A stretch of DNA of 64,000 nucleotides from Candidatus Woesearchaeota archaeon (lineage in GTDB: Archaea; Nanobdellota; Nanobdellia; Woesearchaeales; UBA10216): contig JACPMZ010000010.1 of assembly GCA_016185705.1 (NCBI GenBank), positions 913 through 64,912 on the forward strand. The letters are read 5' to 3'. Position numbers and translations under genes: made by a program. Position 1 is the stretch's first letter. Each line of letters opens with the position of its first letter. Under the pieces are notes generated by a model. It did not search any database and was not told where the DNA came from. It was given only the letters and a program-made list of their open reading frames with translations. Positions 35,927-45,826 of this stretch are shown in pieces.

Positions 35927-36876
35927 TGATTTGGGCTGAGAAGTACCGCCCAAAGGATTTTGCCGGCATTGTCGGCCAGCAGGAGATTGTCAAGCGCGCC
36001 ATGGCGTTTGTTGAGAAGGGAAACATGCCGCATCTGCTGCTTGCAGGCCCGCCCGGCGTCGGCAAAACAACTCTGGCTCTGGTTATTGCGAAAAAGCTGT
36101 ATGGCGATAGCTGGAGAAGCAATGTTCTGGAGCTTAATGCTTCCTCTGAGCGCGGCATTGACGTTATCCGCAGCACTGTCAAGGATTTTGCAAGAACCAA
36201 GTCAATAGGAAATGCGCCTTTCAAGATTTGCATTCTGGATGAAGCGGATTCGCTTACCAGGGAAGCTCAGCAGGCAATGCGCAGGACTATGGAAAGCTAT
36301 TCTGCCACGTGCAGATTTATTCTTTTGGCAAATTACAGCTCAAAGCTTATTGAGCCGATTCAGAGCAGGTGCGCTGTTTTCCGCTTTAAGCCGCTGTCAA
36401 GCGAGCAGCTGATTAAGATTATTGACAGCATCAGCAGCAGCGAAAACATTACGATTGACAGCAAAGGAAAAAATGCGATTATTGAAGTCAGCGAGGGCGA
36501 CTGCAGGAAGCTTGAAAACGTTATGCAGAGCTGCGCTGTGCTCACCAATAATGTTACGGATGAGACTGTTTATTCAATCGCCAGCGCAGCCAGGCCTAAG
36601 GAAATCAAGGAAGTCATCGCGCTTGCATTGGCCAATAAGTTTGTTGAGGCAAGGTCCAAGCTTCTTGACACCATGCTCAGCCATGGCCTGGCCGGGCTTG
36701 ACATTATCCGCCAGATTCAGCGCGAAATCCTTGATTTGCAGCTTGACAACAGCAAAAAAATGGCTTTGATAAATGCCTGCGGCGAGATTGAATTCAGGAT
36801 GAGCGAGGGCTCGGATGAATTCATCCAGCTTGAAGCGCTGCTCAGCCAGTTTGCTCTGGCAGGGGAAAAAAGCTAA
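35927..36876 (+). CDS. rfcS: Replication factor C small subunit
   Basis: MIWAEKYRPKDF, GPPGVGKTT, DEAD and SRC motifs. Confidence 0.9.
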
Positions 36877-36999
36877 AGTGCAGCCACGCGCCGCTTCTCT
36901 TTTGCATCAGCCATTTCCACTTTTACCCTCCCTTAACTTTTAAGGGAGGGTAAAAGTGGAAAGCGGTGGAAAACAAGCGCGGCGAAATCAAAAAGAATT

Positions 37000-38124
37000 T
37001 CAGATTAAATGCTTTACCAGCACGTTCTGCGTTATTGAGCGCTGCGCGTAGTAGTCAAGCTCTACATTGAATGTTTTGACGCTGTCTATTTTGCTGTTTT
37101 CGTCAAGCGTCTGGATGCACGTGAAGGTCGCTTTGCCGTCTATCAATAATAGTTCGCCGCTTATGGGGCTGTTTCCTGTTAGTCCTACGCAGTTTAGTCC
37201 TGATGTTTGTGCTAATAATTCAATTCTTGCATTTCTGAGTCTGTCCCGTCTTGATTGGAGTGTATCATATGATGCCTCAAGGCCGACTAAAAATTTAGCA
37301 TCCTCTAATTCCTTTTCAGCTGCAGTGGCATCTATTCCAGCAAGCTTAATTCCTGTATCAACCAGTACATTAATTCTGTCTTTATTCCTGAAGTCTGTGC
37401 TGCATTTTTCTCCTTTGCTGTCTGCTGTTGGCTTGAAAACCTCATCAGGCCCTACTTTGGTTATTTCAAAGTTGAATATTATTTTGTCTGCCCCGCCTAC
37501 GCTTTGGGATACTTTGGTTATGTGCACCGGCGCGCCTGAGTTGCTGACTGCTCTTTCTCCTGACGGATTGCACACTTCGTTTACAGCGTCAGTGAAGTCT
37601 TCCTGCAGGCACATCTGGGATGCTGCGGCTGTTTTGTATCTGTAGCATGCCTCTGCTTTGAATGGGAACTGCTGGTTTCCTTTGAGCGTTTCCCTGTACA
37701 GGAACCTGTCAGAATCTGCCGGCCATCGATCCGCAACAGGAAATGTGAATGGCTGCAAATCCCCTCTTATCAGATTGCCGCTTGGGTCCCGCTGAACTCC
37801 AAGAAGCTGCTGGTTGTTGCTTTGCTTGAGCTGCTTATTTCTGTCTTCAACTGAAAAATCGTTGGGGAAGAATCCTGTCATTTCCATTTCCAGCTCGCCT
37901 GCAGGTATTGTGTGCTCGCCGACGTTTGACACTGTTACAACCGCCAGAAAAGGAAATCCTCGGCCGTCTCCGAAATCAGTCACTTCCAGCGGCGGAGTGT
38001 TTGGAAGGTAAGCTAATCTTAGCCCTTCTTTGCCTCCTGTGAATTCGCTGGTTGTGCTTTCTCCGCCGGGAAGGCATGCTGAAGCGGCAATAACCAAAAA
38101 CAGAATTCCGTAAATGGCTTTCAT
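37000..38124 (-). CDS. Secreted lipoprotein, paralog A of a three-member family
   Basis: Signal plus lipobox AASAC. Conserved EACYRYKTAAASQMCLQED...CNPSGERAVSNSGAPVHITKV. Confidence 0.6.
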   Translation of the reverse strand: MKAIYGILFLVIAASACLPGGESTTSEFTGGKEGLRLAYLPNTPPLEVTDFGDGRGFPFLAVVTVSNVGEHTIPAGELEMEMTGFFPNDFSVEDRNKQLKQSNNQQLLGVQRDPSGNLIRGDLQPFTFPVADRWPADSDRFLYRETLKGNQQFPFKAEACYRYKTAAASQMCLQEDFTDAVNEVCNPSGERAVSNSGAPVHITKVSQSVGGADKIIFNFEITKVGPDEVFKPTADSKGEKCSTDFRNKDRINVLVDTGIKLAGIDATAAEKELEDAKFLVGLEASYDTLQSRRDRLRNARIELLAQTSGLNCVGLTGNSPISGELLLIDGKATFTCIQTLDENSKIDSVKTFNVELDYYAQRSITQNVLVKHLI

Positions 38125-38159
38125 GCGTTGTATTCGAGAAATTTTGTATATAAATGTTT

Positions 38160-39155
38160 CTACTGGATGTCTTCAACAAGAACGTTTGTCTCTATTGTTT
38201 CCCTGACGTCGTATTCAAGTGCTGCAGTGAAGGTTTTTATGCTGTCAACGAATGACACTCCTTCAAGGTTTTGTATGCATGAGAAGGTTGCTGCGCCGTT
38301 GTTCAGTATCAGTTCGCCTGAGCCCTTATCGGCTCCTACATTTGTAAGCCCCAGGCAGTTTATGGAATCAGGGTTTCCGAGATTTGTTGTTACAGTCACT
38401 TTAACCCTGTTTTCGGAGAGCTGGTCGCTCTTTTGGCATTTTGGCCTTTGAGTCGGGTCTCTGGTATAGAATATGTCTGCTGTTCCCGCTTTTTTGACTT
38501 CAAAGTCAAGCACTACTGAGTTTGTTCCTGCCACGTCCTGCCTTACAGCTGTTATGTGAACCGGCGCTCCGGAGTTGCTGACCTGCCTGTTTCCTATCGG
38601 ATTGCAGATTTCAGTGTCGCTGCTTCTGAGGTCTTCCTTCAGGCAGATTTGCGAAACGGTTTTTGTTTCGTACTTGTAGCATGCTTCTGCTGTAAACGTG
38701 TAGGTTTGGTCTACGCTCAAATCCTGTCTATAGGCAAATTCGCCTGTTTTCGGAAAGGTTATCTGCTCAAGCGTGCCTCTTCTTACATCGCCCTGATTGT
38801 TTTTTGAAACAGCAGTAAGTGTTTGTGTGTTGGACTGGGTGAGTTCTTCGGTGGCAGCAACGCCGAAATCTTCAGGGAAGAATCCTTTCAGGCTTAATTT
38901 CAGGCCTCCTGGATTAATGGTGTATTCTCCAACGTTTTCAACGCTTACAATTGCGTTGAATTTAAACTGGTCTTCTTGGGTTGGGCCTGCATCAAAGGCT
39001 TTTGCCGGCGGGTTGTTGTCAAGAAACTTCAGTGTTACGCCGTCGTTTCCGCCAACAAAACCGAATGTGGAGGGTGTCTGCCCTTCGCCGGGCGAGCATG
39101 CAGAGATTATAGTTACAACAGCCAGCAGAATAACAGTTGCTATTACGCTTCTCAT
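38160..39155 (-). CDS. Secreted lipoprotein, paralog B
   Basis: Lipobox ISAC. EACYKYETKTVSQICLKED...CNPIGNRQVSNSGAPVHITAV. Confidence 0.6.
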   Translation of the reverse strand: MRSVIATVILLAVVTIISACSPGEGQTPSTFGFVGGNDGVTLKFLDNNPPAKAFDAGPTQEDQFKFNAIVSVENVGEYTINPGGLKLSLKGFFPEDFGVAATEELTQSNTQTLTAVSKNNQGDVRRGTLEQITFPKTGEFAYRQDLSVDQTYTFTAEACYKYETKTVSQICLKEDLRSSDTEICNPIGNRQVSNSGAPVHITAVRQDVAGTNSVVLDFEVKKAGTADIFYTRDPTQRPKCQKSDQLSENRVKVTVTTNLGNPDSINCLGLTNVGADKGSGELILNNGAATFSCIQNLEGVSFVDSIKTFTAALEYDVRETIETNVLVEDIQ

Positions 39156-39345
39156 AACCCGACACTTGTAAAATCTTTATATAAATTTTTCTGTTTTTTA
39201 GTTGAGGACAATAGTTTCGCATATTTATTTTCCTCAGCTAAAGTTTGGAAGGCATAGCATTTCCTATGCATTACTTGTGTCTTCCATTGTTTCGTCCACG
39301 GAAAAATGGGTAAAGTTTAAATAGTGAAAAGCTGAATTTGAAGGT

Positions 39346-40728
39346 ATGGTTAGGTATGCCTCTCTTGCTTTGACGGTTTTTGTGATTCTTGCTGTGCTGT
39401 ACAGCTTTGATTCCCTGAGCCAAACTTCGGTAACTGGTTATGCTTCCGGCGATGTTTGCCCTGAGGCGCGTAATGACGGCTGGAAGTGGAGGTGTGGTGG
39501 TGTCCGCTACCAGACTTATGATTCATGCGTCGCCGGCTGTGGTGCTCAGGGTTCAGCGCAGCAGCAATCTTCTGCTGGCTCTGCCGCTGGCAGCGATGCT
39601 CAGCAGGATACAACTGTCATTCCCGGCTCTCCAGCTGCCGGCTCTCAGCTCGCAGGCATCCGCCTTGAACCGGTTATTCAGGTGCTGGACGCCACTCCGA
39701 AAAGGGACAGGTATGTTGTTGGCGACAGTGTTATGCTGAATGTTTACGTTAAGAACTCTGGCACCAAAAGCACGCACGAATACCCTGAAGGGTATCGTTA
39801 CATTGTGAAGCTTTACAGCGGCAATTCTCTTTTGGAGGAGAAAACATTTTTCTTTGGAGGTTTGCCGCGTTATCTTGCTGATGAAAACGCACAGGTTACA
39901 ACTATTTCCAAAGGCAGCAATGTAAACGCTTTCGACACTGTGTGGGTTGCGGACAAGCAGACTCTGAAAGCTGAAGTTATTATAATAAAGCAGGATAATG
40001 ACAATGACGTTTCGGTAGCCACGTTTAAGGCTGAAAAAGGCCTGGAAGTGCTTTCCGAGGAAGAATATGGGGATTTCCTTGCCGCTAATGTTCCCGACAT
40101 ACAGCTGGTTGAGGTCAAGCTTCTGCCTGCTCCGACGAGCATTCCTTCAACTGTCACCAACTTTGCATACCGGATTAAGAATGAGGGCAGTGCTGATGCA
40201 GTGTTCTCAGATAAGTTTTTTGAGGCAAGCATCAAGCTGCTCAAGGGCGGCAGCACAATCTGCCAGGTGTCAGAAGACAGGCGCTTGTTTACGCTGAAGC
40301 CTGGTGAATCTAAGGGCTTCAGCACTTCCCTCGCAGCCGGCAGCTGCGTCATTGACAGCAGGTCTGCTTCGTACAGTTTCGTGGTTGAGCTGGACAGGAA
40401 CAATGTTTATGGAAAGAAAACCGTTGCTCAGTCAGCTGCCGATGCTGTTGTTGCATGCTCTCCGCTGGGGGGCAGGGGAACAGATGCTTACTGCGACCTT
40501 GATGGTTTCTACAAGAGCTACAAGGGCGGGGACGCTGCCTGCAGCCACAATTTTGAGTGTGAGGAAAACTTTTGCTACAACAGCAAATGCATTGAAAAAG
40601 GCATAATACAGGACAACAGGGCCTGCACTTTCAGCTTGCAGTGCGCATCTGATTTGTGCATAAAGGGCGTATGCGTTGGCGGCGAAAGGAAGGAAAGCAT
40701 CCACGCCTTGGTGCCTGTATTTGAATAG
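39346..40728 (+). CDS. Secreted Cys-rich protein with a C-terminal EGF-like Cys module
   Basis: Signal anchor. The C-terminus has six or more Cys in C-x-C patterns. Confidence 0.5.
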   Translation: MVRYASLALTVFVILAVLYSFDSLSQTSVTGYASGDVCPEARNDGWKWRCGGVRYQTYDSCVAGCGAQGSAQQQSSAGSAAGSDAQQDTTVIPGSPAAGSQLAGIRLEPVIQVLDATPKRDRYVVGDSVMLNVYVKNSGTKSTHEYPEGYRYIVKLYSGNSLLEEKTFFFGGLPRYLADENAQVTTISKGSNVNAFDTVWVADKQTLKAEVIIIKQDNDNDVSVATFKAEKGLEVLSEEEYGDFLAANVPDIQLVEVKLLPAPTSIPSTVTNFAYRIKNEGSADAVFSDKFFEASIKLLKGGSTICQVSEDRRLFTLKPGESKGFSTSLAAGSCVIDSRSASYSFVVELDRNNVYGKKTVAQSAADAVVACSPLGGRGTDAYCDLDGFYKSYKGGDAACSHNFECEENFCYNSKCIEKGIIQDNRACTFSLQCASDLCIKGVCVGGERKESIHALVPVFE

Positions 40729-40778
40729 CTTTGTAGAAAACGTGCGCTGTGTTCTCTTGCTAGGATTTTCAGCAGCAG

Positions 40779-42356
40779 CTAAGGGCTTACCACTTTCCCT
40801 TTCTTTGTGTCAGAGTCTGTGTTTCCTGCCTGGTCTCTGACAATTATTGTGTAAGAGTATTCGCCGCTTTGCGGTGCGTTTTGGCTGAATGTTCTTTCGC
40901 ATATTTTGTCAGCGCATGAAAAGACTTCTATGGTTTTTCCGTCTTTGCCAATGAGCTCTATTGATGACACCATTGACTCATCGCTTGCCTTCACTTTTAT
41001 TGCTATGCTTGCTCCCGGCGTTGCTTCTGCAGGCATTTCAAACACGTCAATCACCGGGCGGTCTTTGTCTATTACTACAAGCGCTGTTTTTGTCTGGGAT
41101 GGCCGGTTGAGGGTGTCATATGCTATTGCTTTGTACAGGTATCTGCCTTCTGCTTCAGGCGCTGCGAATTTGAACTGTTTGGTGCATGTTCGCTTGCCTT
41201 CGCACATCGCAGGGTTTTCCTCTTCTGTTGCCGCAAGGTTGCCGTCAGCATCAAGCATCTGCACGCTTAGCAGCCCGAAGTCATCGTTTGCAGTGATTGA
41301 CGCTGTTACTTGCTGGGATGCCGTGACTTCTGTGGGCGATATTCTGAATGCTGTAAGCTGCGGCGGCTCGTCCAGTACTTCTATTTCAACTTCTGCTGAT
41401 GCTGCTGTCTGGAAGCCGTAGCTTAATGTAAGCGTTAAGGTTGATACAATGTTGTTGTTTGCCCCTGCTGCAAAGTCCGGAGGCATTTCTGCTTCAGGTA
41501 TTTTTGCTGTGCTGCATTCTATGAATTCCTTTTTGGCTGCGCCTGTTGCTATGAGCGTTTGTCCTTCGCAGTCAAGCTTAAGTCCTGAAAGCTCGGCTTT
41601 TTCAACAGTAACTATTCCTATTTCTGAGCCTGCTTCGTCTGTGCATGCTTTCCTCAATGCGTCGTCGCTGCTGTCAAGCACTGTGCCTTTTCCCACTTTT
41701 TCAACATACACTTTGAACCTTGGCCTCACTGTTTCTCCGATTGTTAAGGATTCCTGCCCTATTTTGGTTACTGCTACCGGCGCGCCCTGGTTTTTGAGGC
41801 GGATATCCGAAGGCTCGCACACTAAGCTGCTTTCAGGTATTGAGAAATGCGCTGTCTTTACGCATACAGGCGTTGACACGAATGTTTTGTACGGGTAGCA
41901 TGCCAGGGCTGTGATTGTTCGGGAAGTTGTGCTTTTTGCAGCGCCAACATCTGCTTTCACTTCAACCGCTGCCCTTCCGCCTGCAAGGTAGTTTTCCCTG
42001 CCGATTATTTCAGCAGTGCCTGTGCTGCTCAGCGCATCTTTAAGCAGCCCGAAGTCTGGACTGACTTTTAGCGGCTCTGCTGCTATCACCTTGAAGTATC
42101 CGCAGCCGAAATCTGCCCGGCTGGTGTCGCCGCATGTTATGTCTGCTGCTCCTTTGTTTTCCAGCAGTACCGCTATCGGTATCGCAGCGCCGGGCACTGT
42201 TGTTTCAGGCGGTGCGTTGTCAAAGAAGCTCAGCTCAAGCCCCTGCTTCCCCTCAAAAGCTTCGGATACGTCAGGAATTTTTCCGGGCTCGCTTGGGCCG
42301 CATGCCGCAATTATTGAAATTAAACTCAGCATTAAAATAAAGTTGTAATTTTTCAT
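40779..42356 (-). CDS. Secreted lipoprotein, paralog C (extended C-terminus)
   Basis: Lipobox IAAC. ALACYPYKTFVSTPVCVK...CEPSDIRLKNQGAPVAVTKI. Four-nt overlap with the upstream membrane-protein gene. Confidence 0.6.
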   Translation of the reverse strand: MKNYNFILMLSLISIIAACGPSEPGKIPDVSEAFEGKQGLELSFFDNAPPETTVPGAAIPIAVLLENKGAADITCGDTSRADFGCGYFKVIAAEPLKVSPDFGLLKDALSSTGTAEIIGRENYLAGGRAAVEVKADVGAAKSTTSRTITALACYPYKTFVSTPVCVKTAHFSIPESSLVCEPSDIRLKNQGAPVAVTKIGQESLTIGETVRPRFKVYVEKVGKGTVLDSSDDALRKACTDEAGSEIGIVTVEKAELSGLKLDCEGQTLIATGAAKKEFIECSTAKIPEAEMPPDFAAGANNNIVSTLTLTLSYGFQTAASAEVEIEVLDEPPQLTAFRISPTEVTASQQVTASITANDDFGLLSVQMLDADGNLAATEEENPAMCEGKRTCTKQFKFAAPEAEGRYLYKAIAYDTLNRPSQTKTALVVIDKDRPVIDVFEMPAEATPGASIAIKVKASDESMVSSIELIGKDGKTIEVFSCADKICERTFSQNAPQSGEYSYTIIVRDQAGNTDSDTKKGKVVSP

Positions 42357-44110
42357 TTTGTGCTTATTGATTTTTCGGTTTCGTAGGTGAAGTCAACGTC
42401 CACGCTGAAATCTGCCTGCGCAAAGGGCTGGCCCTGCAGAGCTTCATCAGCATCTATTAGCATCGGGCATGTGAATAGTCTGCTGGTTTTGATGTTCTCA
42501 TACTGAATCCTGTTGCTGCTTATCAGATTAACATCAATAACATATTCGTTTTCTGGATTTGCGTAGCCGCACTTCTCCTGCCCAAGCGACACTCCTGGCG
42601 GCAATTTTATGACAATGTTGTTTATTCGCTTTATTTTTCCGCTGAAAGCTATGTTGTTGCCCACTGCAAATTCAAAGTCAGGATATGAAAGCCCTTCTGC
42701 TATTCCTAACGGCGGATTTTGGAGTTCTATCGGGCCGATGCCAAGCCTTGCCGGACCGTTGTCATGAATGATGCTTGCCTTCTTCTCGCTTGATGGCGCA
42801 TCAACATCAATCAGGTCAAAAGGCTCTTCGCCTTTTATGAGTTTTTCCTCAAGCAAATCATTTTCCATGAAATAAGTGGCGAGTTCAACTTTTTCCTGTA
42901 AATCATATTCGGCAGCGAATGTTACAGAAGAAGCATCCTTGATTTGCTCTTTGGTAAAGAAGCACGACACTGTCCGCGGCCTGTTATAGAAAACGTTGAA
43001 TCCTTCCAGCAGTTCAGCTTCGGTTATGTCAAGCTGCCCTCCAACTTCTGCAATTGATGTTGATTTTTCGTGGAAGCAGCGAACGTTTGACACCGTAACG
43101 TAGTTCCTGTCCTTCGGAGGATTGGTCAGGGTGAGCAGCGCTTTGACAGTTGTCCCTTCCTGAAGCTTTACTGCTCCGCTGGGATGCTTCTCAATCACAA
43201 TGCCGTACTTTGGCTGCGCCTTGTTTGCATCGCCAAAAATGTCCTCGCCGCCTGCCCTGCCGATGCTGGTATCAGTCATTCTGCGGATGGAGCTGGGAGC
43301 GTCAACAATAGCCGAAGCAAAGTCTTTGGTGGTTTTCCTCAAGGCGCTGGAGCTCGTTCTGACAAATGAAATAATAACGTTCTCCTGCTCAGGGAAGCTG
43401 GAGCTTATGTCAAGCCCCGCCTGCTCAAATGCTTCATTGATTTGCTCGTCAGCATGCACATATGCCAGAGCCAGTATCAGGAAAAAGAAGAAAAGGTATA
43501 TTGCCGTTGCTATTTTGCCGCCTCCGCGGTTGAATATGAAGCCGGTAAATGCTATGTACAGGAACAATACGGGAAATGCGTGGTTTGCAACCGACATCCC
43601 AATCCAGTAATACACTTCCGGAGCGATTGTGATTAAGCTGGGGACTGCCAGAAGCAGGATGGCAGCGATTTTGGCATATATTATCAGCTTAAGGACTCCG
43701 TCTCCCGGCGCAAATCTTGTTAGCAGGATAAAAGCGCCAAACGCATGAATTATCAGGCCAAGCAGCAGGTTTGAGTTGCCAAGAATAAATGCTAAGAAGT
43801 CAAACAGCGCTGCGACAAGGAATATTGTCAGTCCTCCTGTGAGGTTTGATGCAATCCTTGTTCCTGCCCCGAACGCAAACCACGGCAATACTCCTTTAAG
43901 CGCGCCGCCTACTGCAGACGCAGCGCCGCCCATGCCGCCTGCCACTTTTCCTGCCGCTGCTGCCTTCCCTGCCAAGCTGCCCATCCCAGCCCCAATCATT
44001 GCAGCAGAGTTATTTTGATCAGGTCTGATCGCAGTGTTTTTACGGGACTTCAGAATCTCCTTTTGCCTGTCGATCGCGTCTTGTGGTAAAATTGCCTCTG
44101 CCGAAACCAT
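42353..44110 (-). CDS. Large polytopic membrane protein with a Gly/Ala-rich N-terminus and a C-terminal extracellular domain
   Basis: 585 aa. GAGMGSLAGKAAAAGKVAGGMGGAASAVGG, then six or more TM segments. Confidence 0.55.
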   Translation of the reverse strand: MVSAEAILPQDAIDRQKEILKSRKNTAIRPDQNNSAAMIGAGMGSLAGKAAAAGKVAGGMGGAASAVGGALKGVLPWFAFGAGTRIASNLTGGLTIFLVAALFDFLAFILGNSNLLLGLIIHAFGAFILLTRFAPGDGVLKLIIYAKIAAILLLAVPSLITIAPEVYYWIGMSVANHAFPVLFLYIAFTGFIFNRGGGKIATAIYLFFFFLILALAYVHADEQINEAFEQAGLDISSSFPEQENVIISFVRTSSSALRKTTKDFASAIVDAPSSIRRMTDTSIGRAGGEDIFGDANKAQPKYGIVIEKHPSGAVKLQEGTTVKALLTLTNPPKDRNYVTVSNVRCFHEKSTSIAEVGGQLDITEAELLEGFNVFYNRPRTVSCFFTKEQIKDASSVTFAAEYDLQEKVELATYFMENDLLEEKLIKGEEPFDLIDVDAPSSEKKASIIHDNGPARLGIGPIELQNPPLGIAEGLSYPDFEFAVGNNIAFSGKIKRINNIVIKLPPGVSLGQEKCGYANPENEYVIDVNLISSNRIQYENIKTSRLFTCPMLIDADEALQGQPFAQADFSVDVDFTYETEKSISTK

Positions 44111-44278
44111 GGGTAATCCTCTTTTATCTGCTTGCCTTCAGTTTTCCTTTTATTGATACTTAAAGGTTTCTAAACAGGGGTGCTTTCAACTTTTGCGCGT
44201 TCCGCTGCCCGCTTCTTATTCCCTCCCTCGCAATTTAAGGGAGGGAATAAGAAGCGGGCGCAGGCTATCAAAAAATGC

Positions 44279-44917
44279 TTAACTTGACTTTGCCATAATT
44301 GCAGAAATGGCCTCCACAGATTCCTTCGCATTCGCCGTGTACATGCCTAATGCGAGAAGCAGTGATTTGAGGTCATGCGGCGAGCGCATTTCATATGGCT
44401 CAGAGGTTAAGCTTGCTATCGCTGTTTTTACTTTGTACTTTTTTGTCAGCTTTATGTTCTGCCGCACCCTGCCAAGCAGTAATGGCAGATTCTTTGCATT
44501 GAGCATTGCTGAGAAGCTGAACGCCACTACGACGTCATTATCCCTTGCAAACTGGCATGTTCCTTTGTCCAGCCCCGAATTTCTGGTTTTGGCAAAGTCT
44601 TTTCTCACTCCAAGCTCCAGATTATAAACTATGTTTGGCTTGTACTTGGCTATGATGTCCCGCGCTCCTTCAGCAGCTTCTGTTATTACGATTTCTTTGC
44701 TGTCGTGCGCTTTGTAGATTTTTGCGCCGCTCACCCTGAATACTGCCTGCAGCTTTATCTTGGTGGTTTTTTGCAGTTCCTGCACGCTGCTTTTAATTTT
44801 TTCAGCTGTGTTTTTGTCATAATCATACGCGAACAGAATGCCCTGAATGCCCAGCTTTTCAGCTACCGGGATGAAATCCTTTTCGTTGTTTTTCGGAAAT
44901 ATTATGTCGTAAAACAT
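44279..44917 (-). CDS. Possible RNase P protein component Rpp30 (TIM-barrel family)
   Basis: The C-terminal IASLTSEPYEMRSPHDLKSLLLALGM resembles the Rpp30 ISSAAERPLEIRGPYDVANLGLLFGL region. Confidence 0.4.
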   Translation of the reverse strand: MFYDIIFPKNNEKDFIPVAEKLGIQGILFAYDYDKNTAEKIKSSVQELQKTTKIKLQAVFRVSGAKIYKAHDSKEIVITEAAEGARDIIAKYKPNIVYNLELGVRKDFAKTRNSGLDKGTCQFARDNDVVVAFSFSAMLNAKNLPLLLGRVRQNIKLTKKYKVKTAIASLTSEPYEMRSPHDLKSLLLALGMYTANAKESVEAISAIMAKSS

Positions 44918-45031
44918 GTGCTAGCTGTATTTGGTTTTTATTTAAATTTATGTGTTAGCAACTTGCACGACAGAAAAGCGAAACATTTATATATGTTTAC
45001 GATTACTTAATAACGTAAACAAGTGGTTAAA

Positions 45032-45340
45032 ATGTCAGAAAACGTTGCTGCAAGGATATCTGAATCAGTAGCTGGTGATATAGATTTTGTTGCTAAGGAA
45101 GAGGCAACTGATAAATCAACTGTTATAAGGGAACTGCTTTCCAGTGCTGTCAAGCAAAAATTGGTCGATTTGGCATTGGATAAATATTCGAAACGTCTTG
45201 TTTCTCTTGGAAGGGCTGCTGAACTTGCAAAAATACCTTTAGCAGATTTCATGGTTGTAGCTGCTGAAAGAAAGATGCCCATGAATTATTCGGTCAAATC
45301 ACTTGAGAAAGATTTTGCTGCAGCTATGAAGGCAAAATGA
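45032..45340 (+). CDS. UPF0175-family antitoxin-like protein
   Basis: About 100 aa. Paired with, and overlapping, the downstream DUF3368/PIN-like gene. Confidence 0.5.
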   Translation: MSENVAARISESVAGDIDFVAKEEATDKSTVIRELLSSAVKQKLVDLALDKYSKRLVSLGRAAELAKIPLADFMVVAAERKMPMNYSVKSLEKDFAAAMKAK

Positions 45341-45825
45341 TAGTTTCCAATTCTTCTCCATTAATAAGTCTGGGAAAGCAAGGAATTCTTTATCTTCTTA
45401 GGAAATGCTTTGATAAAGTTGCCATTCCACATGCAGTTTATGAAGAAATCTCAAGGAAGAAGGATAGTCCAGAGTGTGCAAGGTTGCAGCAAGCTATAAG
45501 AGAAAAATGGATAGTGGTTAGAAAGGTTTCAATAAACCCCTTATTAGTAACTGAGAAGCTGGGTAATGGTGAAAAAGAAGCTATATCTTTGGCATCCAAA
45601 ATGAAATATTTACTTCTAATAGACGATGACTATGCAAAAACATATGCTTCCTTGTTAAATGTAGAGGCGCATGGATTAATCTACGTTATTTACCGCTCAT
45701 ATTCAAAAAGATTTATAGATAAAAAGAAAGCAGTAAGTCTTGTTGACCAAATGGTTGCAGCTGGATTCTATCTCTCAACAGAAACTTATGCAAAGTTCTT
45801 GGATTTGCTTAATGGATCAAAATGA
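45337..45825 (+). CDS. DUF3368/PIN-like predicted nucleic-acid-binding protein (toxin-like)
   Basis: 162 aa. ATGA overlap with the upstream gene. The region is distinctly AT-rich. Confidence 0.5.
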   Translation: MIVSNSSPLISLGKQGILYLLRKCFDKVAIPHAVYEEISRKKDSPECARLQQAIREKWIVVRKVSINPLLVTEKLGNGEKEAISLASKMKYLLLIDDDYAKTYASLLNVEAHGLIYVIYRSYSKRFIDKKKAVSLVDQMVAAGFYLSTETYAKFLDLLNGSK

Positions 45826-45826
45826 G

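Noticed and set aside
35787-36233. Extension of the 236-aa minus-strand ORF beyond the PRC-barrel gene
   Set aside because: Overlaps rfcS on the opposite strand. The PRC-barrel domain is complete from the Met at 35786.
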